Of a stretch of DNA of 5,403 nucleotides, positions 1 through 5,022 are shown in pieces. Each line of letters starts with the position of its first letter. The stretch's first letter is position 1. A program made the translations under genes and the position numbers. The notes under the pieces are model-generated. The model saw only the letters and a program-made list of their open reading frames with translations. It was not told where the DNA came from and searched no databases. Source of the DNA: Nanopusillaceae archaeon (GTDB lineage Archaea > Nanobdellota > Nanobdellia > Nanobdellales > Nanobdellaceae); assembly GCA_049973735.1 (NCBI GenBank), contig JBMFJL010000041.1, positions 1 to 5,403 on the forward strand, in the 5' to 3' direction.

Positions 1-537
1 GTAGCATATGAAACAAAATCAACTTCAGTTGCTACAGGACATAATGCAGATGATATAATGGTATATGCATTAAAATCTATTTTAATTCATGACTATGCTT
101 CTTTATCAAAATTGGTACCAAAAACAGAAAATGTATTGGGAGGAATTCCTCATATTAGACCTTTATATGAAACATATGAGAGGGAAATATTTTTATATGC
201 AATTGCAAATAATTTACCATTTGTTCCAGAACCATGTCCATTTAGACCAAAGGATATGTACATAGATTTCTTAAGGAACTTTATTGAAGAATTAGAAAGA
301 AAACAACCTGGAATAAAAATTAGATTTTTAAGAGGATTAGAAGAATATAAAGAAAATTATAGATCTATGGTTAATAAGAAGTATAAATATAATAGATGTA
401 AAATATGTGGATTAATATCTAGTAGTAATATATGTTCATTTGATAGATTTACTAAAAATGTTTTTGGAATTTATTTGGGTCCACATGTTAAAAATATTGT
501 AAAATCTAAAATAAAAGATACTAAATTCTCACTATAA
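1..537 (+). CDS. tRNA 2-thiolation PP-loop ATPase, TtuA/NcsA (Ncs6/CTU1; TtcA superfamily), C-terminal part; the 5' end lies outside the window
   Basis: Frame 1 is open from nt 1, so the listed ATG at 58 is internal. The translation VAYETKSTSVATGHNADD carries the family GHNxDD motif (nt 37-54). Further motifs are IRPL and YEREIFLYA, PEPCPF with the conserved Cys (nt 235-237), and a C-terminal finger CKICG-x8-CSFD (nt 397-444). Stop TAA at 535-537. The exact orthologue (TtuA versus NcsA) cannot be decided from this fragment. Confidence 0.8.
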   Translation, partial: VAYETKSTSVATGHNADDIMVYALKSILIHDYASLSKLVPKTENVLGGIPHIRPLYETYEREIFLYAIANNLPFVPEPCPFRPKDMYIDFLRNFIEELERKQPGIKIRFLRGLEEYKENYRSMVNKKYKYNRCKICGLISSSNICSFDRFTKNVFGIYLGPHVKNIVKSKIKDTKFSL

Positions 538-540
538 ATA

Positions 541-714
541 ATGCAAATATTAATTATGAATATTCATTCTTTTGGAGTTATAATTATTAAAAAGAGAAGA
601 AATATAGAAACACATGTACTAGAAATAATAGAAAAAGCAATAAAAGATAAAAAAGATAATTTAAAATACATAAAAACTAAATATTCTATATATAAAAATA
701 AAAGTTACTGTTAA
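541..714 (+). CDS. Possible small protein (57 aa) with a hydrophobic N-terminus and a Lys-rich tail; hypothetical
   Basis: I translated this by hand: MQILIMNIHSFGVIIIKKRRNIETHVLEIIEKAIKDKKDNLKYIKTKYSIYKNKSYC, stop at 712-714. The ATG lies 3 nt after the stop of the upstream gene, which is a possible coupling geometry. There is no SD. At this AT content, my back-of-envelope estimate is that roughly one 57-codon ORF arises by chance per window. It was absent from the supplied track, presumably because of a length cutoff. Confidence 0.25.
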   Translation: MQILIMNIHSFGVIIIKKRRNIETHVLEIIEKAIKDKKDNLKYIKTKYSIYKNKSYC

Positions 715-970
715 TCCAATGAATATATAAAATACCATGTTATAATATATTCAAATTATGAATTATAACATATTCAAAAAATATTTTATCAAATATATCG
801 CCCGATTGCTCATTTAATATTTTCATATTTTTTCTTTATCTTATTTAAACAATTCTTCCTTATTATATTTTTTATCAAATAATCTTAATTTTTCAACTTT
901 TAGTATATTCCTCTTTCTAATAACTTCTGTAATTTTATACATAAATATATTGTAATCGCAAAGTAATCAC

Positions 971-980
971 AAATATAAAT
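971..980 (+). promoter_or_regulatory. TATA-like box (AAATATAAAT) for the 1001-2050 gene, compatible with a leaderless transcript
   Basis: The box spans about -30 to -21 relative to the A of the ATG at 1001, and no SD lies between them. TATA-like strings are common in this AT-rich DNA, so position is the only support. Confidence 0.35.
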
Positions 981-1000
981 GCTTCTATAAAATATGGATT

Positions 1001-2050
1001 ATGATAATTCCTGCCTTATATAAAAGTCATATAGAAGAAGCTCTGAATATGTTTAAAATTTCTGCAAGAAAATATGGTTTAGATAATATTTTAAATAATG
1101 GTTTAGATAATATTTTAAATAGTCGAAGACCTTCTCTGGTAATTGTTAGCAAAATTCCCTTTGCAGATGGTCTAAATGGATCATATGCATTATATAGTTT
1201 AATTATAATAGATAAAGAGATAGTTGATAATTATATAAAAGCTAAAGATATCCTAAAACTAAATGGAATAGAGAATCTTAGGAAATTAAAATTATCAGAG
1301 GAAAATAAAAAATATATAAAAGAAATCTATCTATTTTTTGAAACTGTATTTCATGAAAAAGTTCATGATATCAGGGAAGTAATAAACAAGTATTATACAA
1401 AAAACCTATTTATGGCTTTAGCTCTAACATTATTAGGACATATCCTACCACCAAATTATTCTGTACTCTCATTGGCATTATTGCTCATGTCTTATTACTA
1501 TTATTATAAACTTCTTAGTATATCAGAACTATTAAAAGGTAAAAGTACAGAAGAAATAGTAACTACTACAATATCTAACGTTCTTTTATCAGAGATTTTT
1601 AGTGAAGAATTAGTAAAAAATATGTTAATAGAAGAATATAAAATAGATCCAATTATTAGATATGAAGCTACAATAAAAAGCGAATATAATAATTTATTAG
1701 ATAAAATCAAAAATAGAGTATATGGATTAGTAAAAAGAAGAAAAATAACAACATATGAAATAGGGGCATATATAGCATATATATTACTGCATCTAAATAA
1801 AGAAAAGAGAATAGAATTTATAAATAAATTGATGAAAGTATATAGTAATAAGGAATTGATAAACGTGATAAAAGAGATTGAAGAACATATAGAAAAAGAT
1901 CGTTATATATATCCTTACTATCAGAAAGTTATGATGTATCTAAATGGAGAAAAAGGAGTGTATAATACTATAGATAACAAAGAACCTTCATGCTTTAGAT
2001 CATTTGATAAAGTAATTGGTGTTACTAGTAATATAGAAAAAACAAAATAG
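1001..2050 (+). CDS. Hypothetical membrane protein (349 aa) with an HExxH motif followed by a two-helix hydrophobic hairpin; possible membrane-tethered zinc metallopeptidase-like protein
   Basis: This is a long ORF in DNA rich in stop codons. The FFETVFHEKVHDI segment contains H118-E-K-V-H122 (nt 1352-1366). The hydrophobic stretch LFMALALTLLGHILPPNYSVLSLALLLMSYYYYYKLL covers aa 136-172 (nt 1406-1516), with PP as a likely turn and a YYYYY run at 1493-1507. The C-terminal ~175 aa are K/E/I/N-rich and probably helical. I recognise no family. Confidence 0.8.
   Translation: MIIPALYKSHIEEALNMFKISARKYGLDNILNNGLDNILNSRRPSLVIVSKIPFADGLNGSYALYSLIIIDKEIVDNYIKAKDILKLNGIENLRKLKLSEENKKYIKEIYLFFETVFHEKVHDIREVINKYYTKNLFMALALTLLGHILPPNYSVLSLALLLMSYYYYYKLLSISELLKGKSTEEIVTTTISNVLLSEIFSEELVKNMLIEEYKIDPIIRYEATIKSEYNNLLDKIKNRVYGLVKRRKITTYEIGAYIAYILLHLNKEKRIEFINKLMKVYSNKELINVIKEIEEHIEKDRYIYPYYQKVMMYLNGEKGVYNTIDNKEPSCFRSFDKVIGVTSNIEKTK
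1074..1121. repeat. Perfect 24-bp tandem duplication (2 copies), in frame within the CDS
   Basis: ATGGTTTAGATAATATTTTAAATA at 1074-1097 is repeated exactly at 1098-1121. It encodes GLDNILNN then GLDNILNS (aa 26-41). Confidence 0.95.
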
Positions 2051-2142
2051 AAAAACAGTAGATTAATACATGTAGATAAAAAATTCTAGAATATAATCTG
2101 AAAGTAGAGATATATTGCAAAATTAGTAATTGAACTATATAG

Positions 2143-2166
2143 GATAAAAAATTAGATAAAAAATTA
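2143..2166. repeat. Tandem 12-bp repeat GATAAAAAATTA x2, with a third 11/12 copy at 2075-2085
   Basis: Exact copies lie at 2143-2154 and 2155-2166. GATAAAAAATT is also at 2075-2085, and TAGATAAAAAATT is shared by 2073-2085 and 2153-2165. All copies lie in the 305-bp spacer upstream of the 2356 gene. Confidence 0.6.
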
Positions 2167-2323
2167 AGAAAAGTTAGAAATCTTATTAAAGCATATGAAA
2201 TAAAAATAATTATTTATCTAAAAGAGAAAAAATTAATGAAAAATAAATTTTCCATTTATTCAAAATCGTATTCATCGTATCTTAAACTATATAAAAATCT
2301 TTAGATTATTCAAGGTAAATACA

Positions 2324-2333
2324 TTTATAAAAA
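2324..2333 (+). promoter_or_regulatory. TATA-like box (TTTATAAAAA) for the 2356-3345 gene, leaderless geometry
   Basis: The box spans about -32 to -23 relative to the ATG at 2356 and is preceded by AATACA. No SD is present. Confidence 0.4.
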
Positions 2334-2355
2334 TAATGTTTTAGTATCATTTCTT

Positions 2356-3345
2356 ATGAGCAGTGACGAGTATCCTTTAGATGAGTTAGTAGAAAATTTT
2401 GTATTAAATGCAACTAGAAACTTCGCCATAATAGCTTCAGATATGGAAATAAATGAAAACCGCGTAATGTTAAATATAGAAGATAAAGAATCTATTAGAA
2501 GATCTTTATCGGATCTCCTAGATAAAATAAGAGGTCTTGATTCTGGAACTATTGATATAAGAGGTCTGGTAGAACCAACTAGTAAATATATATTAAAGAC
2601 GGTGGCAGAAAATGAAGAAAACCTTATGTTAGCATATGCAAAAAAGCAAATGGAAAATAATACACAAGATCTAAAATATAAAATTACTCTAGATATAAAC
2701 ACAAGCTATCTCAATGGAATAGTGCAAACTATATCCCTTCTGGCCTCCATAATTACTATGTTAAGGATAGCATCCTCAGAATCTTTACACGATGCTCTTG
2801 GAAAAAAATTCAATGACCCTTTAATAAAAAATTTATTAAGAGCATCATTTTTTGCATCAATAACTGCATCATTATTATTATATTTAGATGAGAAAATAGA
2901 AGAAGAATTGAAAACACTAGATAACTTAATAGCTAAACATTCGAATAGATATAAAAGCTTACTAGAGAAATTCTCAGATGGAAATATTGATCTCTATAAT
3001 CTTGTAAGTAATCTTTCTTCAAATGAATATCAAACTTTATTAGAAATTATAAAAAGAATGACTTTCATAAATTCTTTATATCATTACATAAGGGAGCCAA
3101 TAAGTAAAATTGATGTAAATAGACCTTATGAAACTAATGATGCTATCAGATATATGATTACAAATTTGGGTTATATATATTTTACAGTAAAATATGGAAA
3201 ACCTACTATTACAAAAGATTTTGCAGAAATGATAGCAAAAATGGCCGTTAAAGCAGCTTTAGAAGAACAAAAACGTGAAGAAGATAATAAAAATAAAAAC
3301 GTGTCTGGATTCGGACTACAATATTATGGAAGTAGCATAAATTAA
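2356..3345 (+). CDS. Hypothetical protein (329 aa): acidic helical N-terminal region, two central hydrophobic segments, helical C-terminal region
   Basis: This is a 990-nt ORF. The hydrophobic segments are YLNGIVQTISLLASIITMLRIA (aa 118-139, nt 2707-2772) and LLRASFFASITASLLLYL (aa 159-177, nt 2830-2886). An internal mini-repeat DKIRGLD / DIRGLV is encoded by ATAAGAGGTCT at 2527-2537 and 2557-2567. The Lys/Glu/Asn-rich tail ends in GFGLQYYGSSIN. I recognise no family. Confidence 0.8.
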   Translation: MSSDEYPLDELVENFVLNATRNFAIIASDMEINENRVMLNIEDKESIRRSLSDLLDKIRGLDSGTIDIRGLVEPTSKYILKTVAENEENLMLAYAKKQMENNTQDLKYKITLDINTSYLNGIVQTISLLASIITMLRIASSESLHDALGKKFNDPLIKNLLRASFFASITASLLLYLDEKIEEELKTLDNLIAKHSNRYKSLLEKFSDGNIDLYNLVSNLSSNEYQTLLEIIKRMTFINSLYHYIREPISKIDVNRPYETNDAIRYMITNLGYIYFTVKYGKPTITKDFAEMIAKMAVKAALEEQKREEDNKNKNVSGFGLQYYGSSIN

Positions 3346-3378
3346 TTTTTAAATGTTCTAAAAGCTTTTATATTTTTT
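3346..3378 (+). terminator. Oligo-T tracts directly after the stop codon (archaeal-type intrinsic termination signal)
   Basis: T5 at 3346-3350 abuts the TAA at 3343-3345, and T6 follows at 3373-3378. Oligo-T tracts are the known archaeal termination signal, but T runs are frequent in this DNA. Confidence 0.4.
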
Positions 3379-3430
3379 GTAGATTACTGAAAGAATTAAT
3401 TTAATTCTTATTTTTTAATCATGGTTTAAG

Positions 3431-3462
3431 ATATCCCAATATATTCCCTAGATATTCCGAAT
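3431..3462. repeat. Three tandem, helically phased ATAT(T)CC(C/G) boxes (10-11 bp period); iteron- or operator-like array
   Basis: The three boxes are ATATCCCAAT (3431-3440), ATATTCCCTAG (3441-3451) and ATATTCCGAAT (3452-3462). A further copy, ATATCCG, is at 3571-3577. An inverted copy, TAGGGAATAT, at 3648-3657 is the exact reverse complement of 3441-3450. Confidence 0.45.
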
Positions 3463-3867
3463 CATATTTAAGTCATAAGGAACCTGAATATTTAGAACCC
3501 ATTTGTTTCATAAAGCGTTATTATCATTGTCTATTTTAGTAATCTATATTCAAAGGTACCTCAATTAATTATATCCGAGAGTTACAATACCAATATGACA
3601 ATAACAGAAATTCCTACTTATACTTACGAAATATTAAAAGAAAATCATAGGGAATATTATCAATATAATTAAGGCAACTATTAAAGTTATCAAGAAATTG
3701 GCCGTTTTATTAAATAAAGTAGTTTATTTTATATTTTGAAATTTATATAAAAAGTTAAATTTTAAAAATGAAAGTATAAACTCTAAAAAGTTTAAATTTT
3801 TAGATTACAAGTTTAATAAAGATCTATTTTAGTAAACTAATTGAAAAATTCTAAAGATCAACAATAC

Positions 3868-3876
3868 TTATAAATA
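3868..3876 (+). promoter_or_regulatory. TATA-like box (TTATAAATA) inside the 908-bp spacer, positioned for a transcript starting near 3899
   Basis: The box spans about -31 to -23 relative to the ATG at 3899. It is preceded by AATAC, as at the 2356 promoter. It is flanked by AAAGATC boxes at 3853-3859 and 3880-3886. Confidence 0.25.
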
Positions 3877-3898
3877 CAAAAAGATCTATATACTTAGT

Positions 3899-3964
3899 AT
3901 GGAAAATGTCTTAGAAGCATGTGGAAGTAAGAGTAAAGAAAAATCTAAAAAGAGTACTAAATAA
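3899..3964 (+). CDS. Candidate micro-ORF (21 aa, MENVLEACGSKSKEKSKKSTK) or the 5' part of a short non-coding transcript
   Basis: I translated this by hand. The TATA-like box sits at the leaderless distance upstream. Oligo-T tracts lie downstream (T6 at 4020-4025, T5 at 4035-4039), which would bracket a transcript of about 125-140 nt. It is far too short to support from sequence alone. Confidence 0.15.
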   Translation: MENVLEACGSKSKEKSKKSTK

Positions 3965-4221
3965 ATATAATACGGATTAGAGAAAACAAAGGCATCTAAC
4001 AGCTTTAAAGATAATCTTATTTTTTGAAAATCCAATTTTTATAATTATTGTACTTATTTAATTCAATATTTTATAGTTTTTATAATTCTTAATTTTTAAA
4101 AAATAATTTAACTCGTATATGAAGCATATTATTAAATAAATACAATTTTTATTTTAGTCTTTTGATTTTCATAATATTTGAGATTCTAAGTTACAAATAT
4201 GATCACAAAATGAATAATAAA

Positions 4222-4229
4222 CTTATATG
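4222..4229 (+). promoter_or_regulatory. TATA-like box (CTTATATG) for the 4254-5000 gene
   Basis: The box spans about -32 to -25 relative to the ATG at 4254 and is preceded by ATAAAC. No SD is present. An alternative AT-rich string at 4240-4253 is too close to the ATG to serve it. Confidence 0.3.
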
Positions 4230-4253
4230 TGTTATCACTAAATTTTAATAAAT

Positions 4254-5000
4254 ATGAGAACAGATCTATACAGAAACTATAGTGAATTAATTAGAGGAAG
4301 ATGCAATAATTTTAATGGACCTAAGGATATTTATAGGTGTTACCGTCAAGTTCTAGAATTTGTCTTGTCTGATTCGAATAAACAAAAAATTAATAAGACT
4401 AATATTGATAATTCATCACAATATATAATAAACAATATTAGTTATGCAATTAACATAGTATTTAACTATGCGATTTTGATGTTGTTAAGTTGGCAAAAGA
4501 CTCTAGCTAAAGAAATTTCAACAGAAATAGAAAATGGAAAATCACTAGACGATGCATTAAAGGAAATTTCTAAAAGACTACCAGATATTATAGAAATGAA
4601 TAGAAAAAATTTAAATTATTCCTATATGATATACGGAGCTTCTCAAATATACGCCATAGGAAACCATTCTGAAGCATTCAGAAACTTTATAGAAGAGGCA
4701 ATATATTACATAAGAAAATATCGATCAAAAAATATAAGAATTTCTAGTATGGATATTATCCTGTTGGCCGATGAAATTAATAGAAAATATTTAAAACAGG
4801 ATCATCCTACAGCATTTTATATATTATTAAAAGAAGCTGAAAATAGATTAAACAAACATAAAGAATGGAATAACTTAGATTACTATAATAAAGCCAATAA
4901 GATATTAGAAGAAACAGTAAATTTACTAGAAAAAAGAAAAAAAGAAATATTAAATAGCATTGACGAATTTTATAGATTTAGTTCTTCAAGAATTAGTTAA
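4254..5000 (+). CDS. Hypothetical protein (248 aa), predicted all-alpha with weak TPR-like helical-repeat character
   Basis: This is a 747-nt ORF. One Asn-interrupted hydrophobic segment, YIINNISYAINIVFNYAILMLLSW (aa 57-80), is an uncertain TM helix. Two stretches loosely fit the TPR small/large-residue spacing: YSYMIYGASQIYAIGNHSEAFRNFIEEAIYYI (aa 122-153) and AFYILLKEAENRLNKHKEWNNLDYYNKANKILEE (aa 187-220). The C-terminus looks coiled-coil-like. Confidence 0.8.
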   Translation: MRTDLYRNYSELIRGRCNNFNGPKDIYRCYRQVLEFVLSDSNKQKINKTNIDNSSQYIINNISYAINIVFNYAILMLLSWQKTLAKEISTEIENGKSLDDALKEISKRLPDIIEMNRKNLNYSYMIYGASQIYAIGNHSEAFRNFIEEAIYYIRKYRSKNIRISSMDIILLADEINRKYLKQDHPTAFYILLKEAENRLNKHKEWNNLDYYNKANKILEETVNLLEKRKKEILNSIDEFYRFSSSRIS

Positions 5001-5022
5001 GAATAGGTTTTATTAATTACCT

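Noticed and set aside
737-771. 10-bp perfect inverted repeat ATGTTATAAT / ATTATAACAT with a 15-nt loop, plus the direct repeat ATATTCAAA at 747-755 and 770-778
   Set aside because: From base composition I estimate that about one 10-bp hairpin with a short loop is expected by chance in 5.4 kb of this DNA. The stem is all A/T apart from one G-C pair. It lies about 230 bp from the nearest downstream start and is not followed by a T-tract.
994-1023. Out-of-frame 9-codon mini-ORF (ATG at 994) overlapping the start of the 1001 gene
   Set aside because: It is trivially short and lies in a different frame. If transcription starts near 1001, as the promoter geometry suggests, it would not be on the mRNA.
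1493-1507. Run of five tyrosine codons (YYYYY) in the 1001-2050 ORF
   Set aside because: TAT is a favoured codon at this AT content, and the run sits at the end of a hydrophobic helix, where aromatic belts are common. It is noted as a descriptor of the protein rather than as an independent signal.
1504-1710. 68-aa ORF on the minus strand from the supplied track
   Set aside because: It is fully nested antisense within the 1001-2050 ORF, with the same antisense-type composition. An ORF of this length is expected by chance in this window.
2325-2702. 125-aa ORF on the minus strand from the supplied track
   Set aside because: It lies entirely antisense to the 5' third of the much longer 2356-3345 ORF and to its promoter. 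Its translation is F/S/L/I-rich low-complexity sequence, as expected from reading K/E/N-rich codons backwards. I found no promoter-like context of its own.
3595-3672. 25-aa ORF MTITEIPTYTYEILKENHREYYQYN in the spacer
   Set aside because: It is too short to call, and no TATA-like box sits at the leaderless distance. It is better explained as the tail of a longer frame-1 stretch interrupted by upstream stops, which I treat under the spacer finding as a possible gene remnant.
3531-3835. Exact 12-mer CTATTTTAGTAA at 3531-3542 and 3824-3835, and the near-repeat TAAAAAGTT(T)AAATTTT at 3748-3763 and 3784-3800
   Set aside because: At this composition, several to many exact 12-mer pairs are expected by chance across the window. 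The flanks do not extend the match, so there is no evidence for a MITE, terminal repeat or duplicated element.
3346-4253. Search of the long spacer (and of the other spacers) for tRNA, rRNA, CRISPR repeats and archaeal C/D-box sRNAs
   Set aside because: I found no GC-rich cloverleaf-capable segment. No regularly spaced repeat of 24 bp or more is present. No RUGAUGA C-box is paired with a CUGA D-box at sRNA spacing. The only TGATGA-like strings lie inside coding regions (for example about 1829 and 3136) and lack partners.
2059-4882. Recurrent TAGATTA(C) strings (2059, 2302, 3379, 3801, 4875)
   Set aside because: There are five + strand hits, against about two expected from composition for the 7-mer. 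The hits are spread over coding and non-coding DNA with no consistent spacing, so the excess is not convincing.
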